From Nitrosopumilaceae archaeon (lineage in GTDB: Archaea > Thermoproteota > Nitrososphaeria > Nitrososphaerales > Nitrosopumilaceae): a stretch of DNA of 64,000 nucleotides. Location: NCBI GenBank assembly GCA_965208905.1, contig OZ242365.1, positions 1,856,001-1,920,000 of the forward strand, read 5' to 3'. Below the pieces are notes generated by a model. The model did no database searches. It had not been told where the DNA came from and worked only from the letters and a program-made list of their open reading frames with translations. The translations under genes and the position numbers were made by a program. Positions 10,801 to 21,026 of the stretch are shown one piece after another. The stretch's first letter is position 1. The number at the start of each line of letters is the position of its first letter.

Positions 10801-13800
10801 CGCCCACGCCGACCTCTTCGAGGTGGCTGACGGCACGACCCTCCAGCTCAAGCCAGGCCAGAGTGTCACCCCCGGTACTGCCTACCGGATTAACATCACC
10901 GCCTCCGGACCAGACCTCTTTGGCGGCAATAGCCACCACCGGATCATCCAGGTCACCGCCGTCAAGCCCATCGACCGCTTCTTAGACGATCCTGGTCAAG
11001 CCCCCGACCATGCCTTCGTCACCACTTGGACCACCAACACCTCCAACCAGACCATACAATTCCATGTCCGCGGATCTGACATCACCATCTACTGGGGCGA
11101 CAACAACACCACCCACGTCTCCGGCCCCCAGACCCACACCTACACAAAACCCGGAACTTACGTCGTTATCATCACCGGCGGCCTTGAGCGGTTCCACCTA
11201 GACAAAGGTCCCGGTGGGGCCAGTCTGTCCTCAATTGACCAGTGGGGCAGCAGTTCGTGGACCAGTATGGTGGATGCCTTCAATGGTGCCGCCAACATGG
11301 TTTACCGGGCGACCGATGCCCCAGATCTCTCTCGCGTCACTGACATGTCCAGAATGTTCCGGAATGCCTCCTCCTTCAACGGCAACATCTCCGCCTGGGA
11401 TGTCTCCTCCGTCACCGACATGTACGATATATTCCATAACGCCACCTCCTTCAACCAACCCCTCAACGAATGGGACGTCTCCTCGGTGACCAGCATGCAC
11501 GGCATGTTCAACGGCGCCACCTCCTTCAACCAACCCCTCAACGAATGGGACGTCTCCTCGGTGACCGGCATGTGGGATATGTTCAGCCACGCCACCTCCT
11601 TCAACCAACCCCTCAACGAATGGGACGTCTCCTCGGTGACCGGCATGTGGGATATGTTCAGCCACGCCACCTCCTTCAACCAACCCCTCAACGAATGGGA
11701 CGTCTCCTCGGCGACCCATATGGGCGCCATGTTCCATAACGCCACCTCCTTCAACCAACCCCTCAACGAATGGGATGTCTCCTCGGCGACTGATATGTGG
11801 TACATGTTCGCCCACGCCACCTCCTTCAACGGCGACATCTCCACCTGGGACGTCTCCTCGGCGACCCATATGGGCGCCATGTTCCATCACGCCACCTCCT
11901 TCAACCAACCCCTCAACGAATGGGACGTCTCCTCGGTGACTGATATGTGGAGCATGTTCAACGGCGCCACCTCCTTCAACCAGAATATCTCCTCTTGGGA
12001 CGTCTCCTCGGTGATCACTATGTTCGGAATGTTCCAAAGCGCCACCTCCTTCAACCAGCCCCTAGACCGCTGGGATGTCTCCTCGGTCACCGACATGTCC
12101 TACATGTTCGCCGGCGCCACCTCCTTCAACCAACCCCTCAATACCTGGAACGTCTCCTCGGCGACCCATATGGGCGCCATGTTCCATAACGCCACCTCCT
12201 TCAACGGCGACATCTCCTCTTGGGACGTCTCCTCGGCGACCCATATGGGCGCCATGTTCCATAACGCCACCTCCTTCAACGGCGACATCTCCTCTTGGAA
12301 TGTCTCCTCAGCGATAGAAATGTTACAGATGTTTGCCAATACGCCCTCCTTCAACCAGAACTTGGGTAGCTGGTACATCGTGATAGACAACACGTACATC
12401 GACAGGTCGGATGTCCCCGGCGCAGTCGGGGATATATCGGCCCTGAACTCCATTCTGGACAGGCAGAACCCCACCTATCTGATAGAGCCGGGCGACGACT
12501 CGCATAGATTCGCCATAACCGACGGCAATCGCCTCAGCATGGTCTCGGCAACCGCCAACCAGACTACCTACACGGTCACCATAACCGCCTCAGGAGATTC
12601 AGTCTTTGGTGACGGTAACAACCGGCGGACAATCCAAGTGACATTGGTGGGTGAGCCTAGCGACTCCCTACTGGATGCCGGGCAGCCGAGTCCGATTATA
12701 TCGGGACCGAGCCCAACCTCAGTGGTCTTTGACGGCTCGGGTGGGTTTGATGCCTTGGACGGGGCTAATGATGTGGATGTTTTCGAGGTCTGGGACCGGA
12801 CGTACGCCATAGTGGCGGCTTGGGATGATGGGGCGATTCAGATCATGGACATCACCGACCCGGCCAGCCCGGTTGCGGTCTCGGCGGTCTTTGGCGGTTT
12901 GGGTGGATTTGACACTCTGGACGGCGCGAATGGAGTAGAGACGTTTGGGGGCGGGAACCGGACGTACGCCATAGTGACTGCTGCGCGTGGTGACGCGGTG
13001 CAGATCATGGACATCACCAACCCGGCCAGCCCGGTTCCGATCTCGTCTGTCTTTGATGATTCGGGAGGGTTTGACGCTTTGGGCGGAGCGAACGATGTAG
13101 TTGTGTTCGGGAGCGGGAACCGCACGTACGCCATAGTGGCGGCTTGGGATGATGGGGCGATTCAGATCATGGACATCACCAACCCGGCCAGCCCGGTTGC
13201 GGTCTCGGCGGTCTTTGATGATTCGGGTGGGTTTGTTGCTCTGGCCGGGGCAAATGACATGGCTGTGTTCGATAGCGGGAACCAGACCTATGCCATAGTG
13301 ACCGCCTACAACGATGACGGGGTGCAAATAATAGACATCACCGACCCGGCCAGCCTGGTTCCGGTCTCGGCGGCCTTTGGCCCGGGTAGACTCACCACCC
13401 TTGATGGACCGCATGACGTGGCGGTATTCGATAGCGGAAACCGAACATATGCCATAGTGACCGCCGAGAATGATGATGGTGTGCAAATAATGGACATCAC
13501 CAACCCAGCCAACCCGGTTCCAGTCTCGGCGGCCTACGACGGCTTGTGGGGGTTCAGAGCGTTGAATGGGGCGACAAACGTGGAGGTGTTCTATAGTGGG
13601 AACCGCACCTATGCCATAGTGACAGCTTTCGACGATGATGGTGTGCAAATAATGGACATCACCAACCCAGCCAACCCGGTTCCGATCTCGGCTACCTACG
13701 ACGGCTCGGTGGCGCTCGGCGCCTTGGACGGGGTAAATGGTGTGGAGGTGTTTGGGAGTGGAGACCGGACGTACGTTATAGTGACCGCCATCAACGATGA

Positions 13801-15127
13801 CGGCGTGCAGATAATGGACATTACAGACCTAGCCAATCTGGAATCGACGGTATTTGGTGATTCAGTAGAGGTTGACGTAGAGCCGGGAGTGAGTCAAGAA
13901 TTGGCAGATGTGATTCTGGGAGCCACGAACAGCACGGAGTTGGCAGGTGCGGTGTTCGGTGTCGGAGATCGCACATATGCTGTGGTGTCCACACTGTATG
14001 ATAACTCCACGCAGATTATGGACATCACCAACCCGGCCAGCCCGGCTCCTACCTCGACCGTCTTTGATGATTCAGAGGAGCACTACGCACTATCCTTTTC
14101 ACATGATATGGATGAGTTCGTGGTCGGGGACCGGTCATATGCGATAGTGGCCGCCTCGTATGACGGTAGCGTCCAGATCATGGATGTCACCGATCCTGCA
14201 AGTATATCACACACCTCGGTGGTCCTTGATGGCGTGGCGGATCTCAGCGCTGTAGACAAAGAGATTGATGTAGAAACGTTCGTTGTCGGGGACAGCACCT
14301 ACGCGATAGTAGCCACCTTGTATGGTGGCGGAGTATACATCATAGACATCACCAACCCTGCAAACCCAACACACACCTCGGCGGTTCTTGACGGCTCAGG
14401 GGAGCTTGGCGATACGAGCATTCGGCTCGACATGGAGGTGTTTAGAGTCGGGGATCGCATGTATGTCATGGTGGCCGCCTGGCCGGGTGGCGGAGTATAC
14501 ATCATAGACATCACCAACCCTGCAAACCCATCGTCCATCACCTCACTGGTCCTTGATGATTCGGAGTTACGCAGCCTCTTGTTTGATCCGTTTGATGTGG
14601 GAGTGTTCGGAGGTGAAGACCATACATACGCCATAATGGCATCCGCCACCAACATCGACATCATGAACATCACCAACCCTGCAAACCCATCCCCCATCCA
14701 GCAGGAGGCCACCGTTGGGATGTTGGGCCAATATATCTTGCTTGTGCCGTATCATATGGATGTGTTCGAAGGTGAAGGCCGCACATACGCCATGATAACA
14801 ACCCTAATTGGAGGGGTCCACATCATCATAGACATCACCGACCCGACCAACCAGACACTAGTCTGGCCGGTCGGCGATCTCTCGGACACATTTGGACCGG
14901 AGTTCATTACGTTTTTTGCTGACGTATTGGGTGCTGAATCCGAACTTTCCACCACTCATGAAGAGTTCCCAGGATTCATTACACTTTTTTCTGATGTGTT
15001 CAGGAGCGGAGACCACACGTATGCGATAACATCACTTTTGCCTACAGGTACCAGAATCGTGGACATCACCGACCTCTCTAACCCGGTCCCCATCTCGATG
15101 AGCCTTGGTCTTGTACGGGATGAGTGA
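7802..15127 (+). CDS. Giant secreted repeat protein (2441 aa): LVIVD-like propeller repeats, PKD-like domains, two DUF285 (BspA-like) arrays, cadherin-like linkers, C-terminal LVIVD-like repeats
   Basis: Signal peptide, repeats [16 protein letters not shown], VHWGDG, and 25-aa repeats WDVSSVTxMxxMFxxATSFNQ. Confidence 0.9.
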   Translation: MQECSTLAMMAMVIVTALATIGFVISGAEASLVVSPVAAISDGMDGFTALDGAYDVAIAEISDRTYAVVTARYDNDGSVQIIDITVPASPVPVAEFDTLGVEWAGDLAIAEISGRTYAVVTVYRHFYHGVQIIDITVPASPVPVNAATDGVDGFTALDGVYDVTIAEISGRTYAVGIGSDGMQIIDITVPASPVPVNAATDGVDGFTALDGVYDVTIAEISGRTYAVGIGSDGMQIIDITVPASPVPVNAATDGVDGFTALDRASDVAIAEISGRTYAVVTSWDFHNGVQIIDITVPASPVPVAEFDTRGYGTGDVAIAEISGRTYAVVTGNNGVQIIDITRSYFPIWVAAATDGVGGFTALDGAGGVAIAEISGRTYAVVTAINDDGGVQIIDIAVMDDPRPTGAIITSTHSRNGTVTAAIDLDMSEILRNFSVTVSCGGASTNITGIDISVDGWREHLVLFSKFDLTFIDGSRDKIPDVRIGFNINGTLVDAAYPISFSDANLTVSSTLPYANSALVSISYETADGSSCDIKNQEDQDLNVSGGSEVAHTQQALDQRPFITTWKTDATNQTITVPLGGYGLTVHWGDGTNSTGVSGPITHTYANAGTYKVSVYGGLEAISLDSHPDATKLVSIDQWGDVSWRTMRSAFHGATNMVYEATDIPDLSHVTDTSNMFAGATSFNGSISAWDVSSVTSMSNMFLNAASFNQNISAWDVSSVTDTSNMFAGATSFNGSISAWDVSSVTYMPGMFKDATSFNGNISTWNISSVTYMGGMFAGATSFNQNISAWDVSSVTSMWRMFHGATSFNQNISAWDVSSVTDMSSMFLDATSFNQDISWDVSSVTFMSHMFAGATSFNGDISAWDVSSVTDMSYMFHGATSFNQNISAWDVSSVTSIYHMFAGASSFNQPLNTWDVSSVATIFGMFAGASSFNQPLDSWDISSVTYMAGMFKDATSFNQNLGPWYITLNNLAVSNDERTVGNISVQNRMLASHKPTYSVAGAHADLFEVADGTTLQLKPGQSVTPGTAYRINITASGPDLFGGNSHHRIIQVTAVKPIDRFLDDPGQAPDHAFVTTWTTNTSNQTIQFHVRGSDITIYWGDNNTTHVSGPQTHTYTKPGTYVVIITGGLERFHLDKGPGGASLSSIDQWGSSSWTSMVDAFNGAANMVYRATDAPDLSRVTDMSRMFRNASSFNGNISAWDVSSVTDMYDIFHNATSFNQPLNEWDVSSVTSMHGMFNGATSFNQPLNEWDVSSVTGMWDMFSHATSFNQPLNEWDVSSVTGMWDMFSHATSFNQPLNEWDVSSATHMGAMFHNATSFNQPLNEWDVSSATDMWYMFAHATSFNGDISTWDVSSATHMGAMFHHATSFNQPLNEWDVSSVTDMWSMFNGATSFNQNISSWDVSSVITMFGMFQSATSFNQPLDRWDVSSVTDMSYMFAGATSFNQPLNTWNVSSATHMGAMFHNATSFNGDISSWDVSSATHMGAMFHNATSFNGDISSWNVSSAIEMLQMFANTPSFNQNLGSWYIVIDNTYIDRSDVPGAVGDISALNSILDRQNPTYLIEPGDDSHRFAITDGNRLSMVSATANQTTYTVTITASGDSVFGDGNNRRTIQVTLVGEPSDSLLDAGQPSPIISGPSPTSVVFDGSGGFDALDGANDVDVFEVWDRTYAIVAAWDDGAIQIMDITDPASPVAVSAVFGGLGGFDTLDGANGVETFGGGNRTYAIVTAARGDAVQIMDITNPASPVPISSVFDDSGGFDALGGANDVVVFGSGNRTYAIVAAWDDGAIQIMDITNPASPVAVSAVFDDSGGFVALAGANDMAVFDSGNQTYAIVTAYNDDGVQIIDITDPASLVPVSAAFGPGRLTTLDGPHDVAVFDSGNRTYAIVTAENDDGVQIMDITNPANPVPVSAAYDGLWGFRALNGATNVEVFYSGNRTYAIVTAFDDDGVQIMDITNPANPVPISATYDGSVALGALDGVNGVEVFGSGDRTYVIVTAINDDGVQIMDITDLANLESTVFGDSVEVDVEPGVSQELADVILGATNSTELAGAVFGVGDRTYAVVSTLYDNSTQIMDITNPASPAPTSTVFDDSEEHYALSFSHDMDEFVVGDRSYAIVAASYDGSVQIMDVTDPASISHTSVVLDGVADLSAVDKEIDVETFVVGDSTYAIVATLYGGGVYIIDITNPANPTHTSAVLDGSGELGDTSIRLDMEVFRVGDRMYVMVAAWPGGGVYIIDITNPANPSSITSLVLDDSELRSLLFDPFDVGVFGGEDHTYAIMASATNIDIMNITNPANPSPIQQEATVGMLGQYILLVPYHMDVFEGEGRTYAMITTLIGGVHIIIDITDPTNQTLVWPVGDLSDTFGPEFITFFADVLGAESELSTTHEEFPGFITLFSDVFRSGDHTYAITSLLPTGTRIVDITDLSNPVPISMSLGLVRDE

Positions 15128-15227
15128 TGTGAAGGTGTCCGGGGATGATTTGATACGCATAAACTTTTGTATATCTCCAATCCACCACCTGAATTTGCTT
15201 TATATATGGTTAAACTAGCCGTGTTAC

Positions 15228-17753
15228 ATGCGCCTTGCCATAGCTTTGATGATGCTGGTACTGACAGGCACAGTTGGATTGGTTGCTGCTCAACCCTATG
15301 TAGACACTGTTACATTCATCAGAGTGGGTGAGGTAGAAGATGCTGTTGAAGGATTACAAAACGGCACATTGGACATGTACTATTACAGCATACCTCCACA
15401 TCTTATAGTTGATGCCGAAGACCTTGTTTTACACACGATACCTGCGGGCGGTTCCCTAAGTCTGTTGGTGAATCCTGCCGAGGGTGATGAGTTTAACCCA
15501 TTCCAGTTGCAACTTGTACGTTTTGCCCTCAACTATATGGTTGATCGTGATGGTATTGTGGATGAAATGTTGGGAGGATATGGGGCCCCTATGATATCAC
15601 CATTTGCACCCCACGACTCTTACTATATCACAACCTTGAAGCAGACTGAGTCGCTTGGCTTCTTTTATGATATTGGTGTGGCTCAAACCATAATAGATGG
15701 CGCCATGACAGATGCTGGAGCCGTGATGGAGGATGGTGTCTGGACTATGAACGATAAACCTGTGCAGATAACGATATTCCTCCGGGATGATGACCCATTA
15801 CGATTAAGCATTGGGGAGACGTTGGCATCAAATCTGGAGGATGTTGGATTTGTAGTAGAGCGCATGTATGGTGATTTGGCATTAGTGTATGATGTTGTGT
15901 ACGGTGCAAACCCCGGCAATCTGGAGTGGCATATATACACTGAAGGCTGGGGCGGCTCATTCTCTGCGGATAGTAGCAGTAGATTGGCCATCTTTTATGC
16001 ACCATGGACCAACAATATGCCGGGAGGTAACAATCAGGAGTTTTGGAATTATGAACATGCTGAACTCGATGAAATAACACAGAACATATACTACGATAAT
16101 TATGATGATGAGGCACACCGCAATGATCTTATACAGCAGGCTACGGTCTTGGGCGTGTTTGAGTCAGTACGAATCTTTTTGGTAGCACAAGCCGACACGT
16201 TTGTGACAAATGAGCGTGTAAAGGGTGTGGTTAATCACATAAACGGTGGAATATCCAACAGCTTGACACTTACAAATGCACAGACTCCATCTGATGATCT
16301 AAAAATTGGTGTGAGACACCTCAGCCAATCCTCTTGGAATCCGATAGCTGGTTTTGGTGATGTATACAGCTCAGATATCGCAGGACCACTGGGCATACCA
16401 TCTGCAATAGGACATCCACATACAGGCTATCTACTGCCCCACGCAGTACAGCGTAATGCGACTACTGCCGGGCCGGATGGAACTTTGGAGGTACCACCTG
16501 ATGTATTCCGTTGGGATCCATACACACAAGAGTGGATGGAGGTTGGAGAGAATGCTACGGCTATAACGATGGTGACACTAAACTACACATTCAGTAACTG
16601 GCACCATGGCCAGGCTGCAGATATGAATGATGTCATATACACAATGTACTTTGAGCGTGAGTGGGGTACCATTACAAGTGAGAATGATACAACTTGGGAT
16701 ACTGCATATACTCAGGCTGTGAATAGCAGCCCGGATATACTGGTTGGCGCAAGACCTACTGGCAATGACACTATGGATGTATACATCAACTACTGGCACT
16801 TTGAGCCCACTGCACTTGCCAACGCGGGAGTCTGGTGGGTTAGCATGCCTTGGGAGATAATGTATGCGATGGAGGGTGTTGTAATTGATGGTGACACAAA
16901 GTTCTCAGACACTGATGCACTGACCAATAATGTCTCTTGGCTGTCACTGTTGGATTCGGATGATGTATCACTAATTCGGGCGAAACTGGTCTCTTTCTTG
17001 GAAGAGGGTAGCGTGCCCAAGCCTCTGGAGGGAATGGATTCCGAATATTACACTGCCAGATATCAGGCAGCAATATCTTGGATTGATCAGTATGGACATG
17101 CATACATAGACAATGGCCCCTTCAGCCTTACAAGCTATGATGATGAATCTGGTATTGCAGTCTTGACCGCCTTCCGAGATGACACGTACCCGTTTACCAA
17201 GGGAGTTTGGTCTCACTTTAGTGAACCAATATTCCCCACAGTGGTTGGTATATCTGCACCCAGTCTCAAGACAGATGAAAAATACGACTTTGATGTCTTT
17301 ACTACAAACACTGATGCGCTAAACTACTTTTTGAGTCATGAGACCGGAGTATTGATAGACAGCGGCCAGGTCAATGCGACGGGAGCCGATACCATAACCA
17401 TACCTGCCAATACTATATCTGATGTGGATACGTGCTCATTGAAACTACGTCTTTATGCGCTGTCTGATGTAATACTGATACCGGATACTTTTGAAACCAC
17501 AATTGATGTGACACAATGTGGCACATCTGTGGAGGAGAGGCTAGCCGAGCTGGGAGTGACCGAGAAGGGTGAATTCCTAAGAACTTTGGCTAGTGTGGTG
17601 GAGTCGGCAATGGAGAGCGATAGTATTGCTGTGGAAGAGATAATACGAATAGTGGATGATGAAGAGCTAAGCGAGGCATCCATCATACTACTTACCATAA
17701 TACTGGATGATGCTGTTGATGCGGACAGCCTCTTTGAGTATCTACAGCCCTGA
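15228..17753 (+). CDS. ABC transporter substrate-binding protein, family 5 (peptide/nickel-like)
   Basis: Signal peptide, NPFQLQLVRFALNYMVDR, WHHGQ and NGPF. Confidence 0.85.
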   Translation: MRLAIALMMLVLTGTVGLVAAQPYVDTVTFIRVGEVEDAVEGLQNGTLDMYYYSIPPHLIVDAEDLVLHTIPAGGSLSLLVNPAEGDEFNPFQLQLVRFALNYMVDRDGIVDEMLGGYGAPMISPFAPHDSYYITTLKQTESLGFFYDIGVAQTIIDGAMTDAGAVMEDGVWTMNDKPVQITIFLRDDDPLRLSIGETLASNLEDVGFVVERMYGDLALVYDVVYGANPGNLEWHIYTEGWGGSFSADSSSRLAIFYAPWTNNMPGGNNQEFWNYEHAELDEITQNIYYDNYDDEAHRNDLIQQATVLGVFESVRIFLVAQADTFVTNERVKGVVNHINGGISNSLTLTNAQTPSDDLKIGVRHLSQSSWNPIAGFGDVYSSDIAGPLGIPSAIGHPHTGYLLPHAVQRNATTAGPDGTLEVPPDVFRWDPYTQEWMEVGENATAITMVTLNYTFSNWHHGQAADMNDVIYTMYFEREWGTITSENDTTWDTAYTQAVNSSPDILVGARPTGNDTMDVYINYWHFEPTALANAGVWWVSMPWEIMYAMEGVVIDGDTKFSDTDALTNNVSWLSLLDSDDVSLIRAKLVSFLEEGSVPKPLEGMDSEYYTARYQAAISWIDQYGHAYIDNGPFSLTSYDDESGIAVLTAFRDDTYPFTKGVWSHFSEPIFPTVVGISAPSLKTDEKYDFDVFTTNTDALNYFLSHETGVLIDSGQVNATGADTITIPANTISDVDTCSLKLRLYALSDVILIPDTFETTIDVTQCGTSVEERLAELGVTEKGEFLRTLASVVESAMESDSIAVEEIIRIVDDEELSEASIILLTIILDDAVDADSLFEYLQP

Positions 17754-17988
17754 TTGAACCTTGTGATGCACCTACGCTTTTCGTTTATATGATATATCTA
17801 TGCAATCCCAAAATTAGTTAGCCCTCTATGTAACATCATATACTTCACCTGATGGCTCGTCTACCACGGTGTATCTTTGAGTAGATCAAGTTTTGCCATG
17901 ATCCTGTAGTGTTTTTCTCATTCCATACATATCGCTTGTTGATCTTATATCTTAAATAGCGAACTGATTTTCAGGACTATATAGTTAT

Positions 17989-18471
17989 ATGAAGTTCCTT
18001 TTACATCAAATATACTTGAAGACATTGTATCTAGCTAATCCATACGGCTTTTCTGAGTCACAACGTCAGACAATACTGCCACAACTTGTAGATATACTAG
18101 AAGAGATGGGCTTTACAGTGTGGGAACCATTCACTAAAAATCAAGACTTGACACAGCACAATGATCCATACCGCGTAGGACAGGCAGACATGAACGATGT
18201 GTATAACGCCGATGGCATATTTGCCGTTGTAAATGGAACTCCGCCAGATGAGGGTGTCATGGTGGAGCTGGGCATGGCCATTGCCAAGGGCAAACGCATC
18301 TTTCTCTTCCGGGATGACTTTAGACGATGTACAGACACTGATACATACCCATTAAATCTGATGTTGTTTGTTGGATTTGCCAAAGACACATGGAGGGATC
18401 ACTACTATACAAGCATTGATGAGATTAAATCTCCCAGAAAAGCACTATACCAATGGATGCATTCCCAGTAG
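17989..18471 (+). CDS. Nucleoside 2-deoxyribosyltransferase family protein
   Basis: YLANPYGFS and DEGVMVELGMAIA. The true start may be a few codons downstream. Confidence 0.85.
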   Translation: MKFLLHQIYLKTLYLANPYGFSESQRQTILPQLVDILEEMGFTVWEPFTKNQDLTQHNDPYRVGQADMNDVYNADGIFAVVNGTPPDEGVMVELGMAIAKGKRIFLFRDDFRRCTDTDTYPLNLMLFVGFAKDTWRDHYYTSIDEIKSPRKALYQWMHSQ

Positions 18472-18516
18472 ATACAGAGATTATTTAAATCAGGCAAGTT
18501 ATAATTAATCTGTATA

Positions 18517-19827
18517 ATGACACAGATGTCTGATGCGCGTCAAAACCGCATCACCCCACAAATGAAACAGGTTGCCAGAGACGAGGATGTATCTGAAGAC
18601 TGGCTTGTCCGTCAAATAGCACGCGGCTCCATAATCATACCCTCAAATAATGTAAGGCCGCAGACCATACACAATGTAGGTATAGGAAAAGGTCTAAAGA
18701 CAAAGGTCAATGTCAATATAGGAACATCTACACTACATGAGGATTTGGCCATAGAGAAGGAGAAGGCACGCGTCGCTGTTCAAAATCACGCAGACACCAT
18801 AATGGATTTGAGTGACGGGGGAGATGTGGGCGCAATACGTCGTGCATTACTGGCCGAGGCGCCCATTACATTTGGTACGGTTCCCATATATGAGGCGTAC
18901 AATATGGCCATTACAAAGTACAAAAATCCCATGGCACTGACAGAGGATGACTTTTTAAACGCCTTTGAGAACAATGCCAAAGATGGTGTCGATTACACCA
19001 CTATCCACTGTGGTATTACACGTGATATAGCAAAACGTATACTAGAAACAAAACGGTATGCTGGTGTAGTGAGTAAGGGCGGCACCATTACGGCTGCATG
19101 GATGTTACACCACCAAAAAGAGAACCCATACTATACACACTATGACTACCTGATGGAGGTGGCAGCAAAGTATGATGTAACGTTTAGTCTTGGTGATGCA
19201 CTCCGGCCCGGATCCATACTGGACGCACACGATGAACTGCAGGTGCAAGAGATGATCAATGTAGCCAGACTGACTAAACGTGCGCATGAAAAAGATATAC
19301 AGGTGATGGTGGAGGGACCAGGACACGTTCCATTAAACGAGGTGGCGGCCAATGTACGTCTGGCAAAGTCTCTAATCGGAGATGTTCCGTACTATGTATT
19401 GGGGCCGCTGGTGACCGATATAGCCTCTGGCTATGACCACATAGCCAGTGCCATAGGTGCAGCAGTGTCTGCAGCCGAAGGTGTAGATTTGCTATGTTAT
19501 CTGACTCCGTCTGAACATCTTGCATTACCCAACGCCGAAGAAGTAAAGGAGGGCCTTATCGCTTATCGAATAGCTGCGCATGCTGGAGATCTTGTAAAGA
19601 TACGTGATAAATCTATAAAGTGGGACAGAGATATGAGCGTGGCAAGACGCACACTAGACTGGGAGAAGCAGATATCCCTATCAATAGACCCCGAAAAAGC
19701 CGCTCGTATACATGCAAGAACCGGCCAGCATCCAGGAAATAATGTGCCCTGTACAATGTGTGGCGGTGCATGCGTTTACATAATGCTCCCCAGCCAACGC
19801 TCCTACGCTTCCCAAGAGCAAGAATAG
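18517..19827 (+). CDS. thiC: Phosphomethylpyrimidine synthase
   Basis: KVNVNIGTS, TIMDLS, EGPGHVP and CTMCGGAC. Confidence 0.97.
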   Translation: MTQMSDARQNRITPQMKQVARDEDVSEDWLVRQIARGSIIIPSNNVRPQTIHNVGIGKGLKTKVNVNIGTSTLHEDLAIEKEKARVAVQNHADTIMDLSDGGDVGAIRRALLAEAPITFGTVPIYEAYNMAITKYKNPMALTEDDFLNAFENNAKDGVDYTTIHCGITRDIAKRILETKRYAGVVSKGGTITAAWMLHHQKENPYYTHYDYLMEVAAKYDVTFSLGDALRPGSILDAHDELQVQEMINVARLTKRAHEKDIQVMVEGPGHVPLNEVAANVRLAKSLIGDVPYYVLGPLVTDIASGYDHIASAIGAAVSAAEGVDLLCYLTPSEHLALPNAEEVKEGLIAYRIAAHAGDLVKIRDKSIKWDRDMSVARRTLDWEKQISLSIDPEKAARIHARTGQHPGNNVPCTMCGGACVYIMLPSQRSYASQEQE

Positions 19828-20174
19828 TATACTGTTTAAAGCTGGCACTGTATCGTATAGTGTTAAATCTGTGGGACGTATCCACCTATATGCAACATTC
19901 TCAGAGTTTAATCGCACATTGCCATGCGCCAAGCACAGTACAGAATGAAGCCATATGCCCTCTGTTATCTTTGTTGAACATGATGATAATGAGCGTATGT
20001 CTACAATTCCAGTCTCTTCATGTATCTCTGTGCGCATTCTATATGGTATTGTTTCATCACCCTCGATGGTGCCGCTGACCGCCGACCACAGTCCTGGCAT
20101 TGTGGGCATAAATTGACTACGTTTTAACAACAGTATCCTGCCACTCTGACACAAGATGGCAGTGACGGCCCGCA
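19681..20174 (-). CDS. NUDIX hydrolase
   Basis: ILLLKRS and Nudix box GTIEGDE...TEIHEETGI. Start placed at MRAVTA. The 3' end runs antisense into thiC. Confidence 0.8.
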
Positions 20175-21026
20175 TCAGGCGTCTATGGCATTGGCCATCT
20201 TTATCATCTTTTTGTAAGCTTTGGCTGAGCTCGTACTGGACTGTATGTTTTCTTGACACTTTTGTATATATGCTAGAATCTCTTCAGTCTTTGACTCCTG
20301 CGTTGCAGTAAGAAGTCTACCTATATCCTTCCACAACTCTTCAGCATGCTTTCGCATCTCTGGATTCGATATTATGGTCTCGATTAAGTCTGCAGATTCA
20401 GACATAATCCCTTCAGATAAAGTGCGTTGTAACTTAAAGGTGGGCCCCGACATCTTTTCAATCAACGGCGTCCTACCATCCTTTGATATCACACTTGCAA
20501 AGCACAGATTCACTAAATGTGGAATACCTAGTATGATGGCCATCTTTTTGTCATGCTCTGATGCATCTATTGTGACAAAGTTTGCACCCGAGAAGAGTTT
20601 CTTGGCTACGTTTAACTCCATCTTGGCATCCCGAACAGGTATGGATACTATGTTACGGTTTTTGAGTGTGCGAATTCCTGGCCCAAACATTGGATGTATG
20701 CATACAGGGTGTATCTTGGCAGGCGTACGGGACAGAGAGCTCATTACCTTTGATTTTTCTGATGATATGTCTATAAGATAAGATCCACGCTTCATCTCCT
20801 TTGCTATGAGTCGTATTATCTCTGGAGTACGTTTTGTGGGTGTACACAACATTACATAGTCGGCCTGCAGTATGCCACTTATTAGAGACTTTGCTACTTT
20901 GACATCCTTTGTGGTGATTTCAGATTCAGTGTCAAAACCCGTAACATCAAATCCAGAGTCCACAAAATACTTTGAAAACCAACTCCCCATCTGTCCCCCA
21001 GATCCAATTAATGTTATCTTCTCCAT
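20175..21026 (-). CDS. tyrA: Prephenate/arogenate dehydrogenase
   Basis: IGSGGQMG, HPMFGP and EHDKKMA. Confidence 0.92.
   Translation of the reverse strand: MEKITLIGSGGQMGSWFSKYFVDSGFDVTGFDTESEITTKDVKVAKSLISGILQADYVMLCTPTKRTPEIIRLIAKEMKRGSYLIDISSEKSKVMSSLSRTPAKIHPVCIHPMFGPGIRTLKNRNIVSIPVRDAKMELNVAKKLFSGANFVTIDASEHDKKMAIILGIPHLVNLCFASVISKDGRTPLIEKMSGPTFKLQRTLSEGIMSESADLIETIISNPEMRKHAEELWKDIGRLLTATQESKTEEILAYIQKCQENIQSSTSSAKAYKKMIKMANAIDA

Noticed and set aside
9790-12360. Diversity-generating retroelement acting on DUF285 repeats
   Set aside because: No reverse transcriptase in the window, no non-coding template repeat, and variation is not evidently adenine-specific.
8120-13648. Long antisense and alternate-frame ORFs over the giant genes (also 30770-34017)
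   Set aside because: Shadows of GC-rich repetitive coding sequence.
18472-18516. TPP riboswitch upstream of thiC
   Set aside because: The intergenic gap is only 45 nt, AT-rich, and has no aptamer motif.
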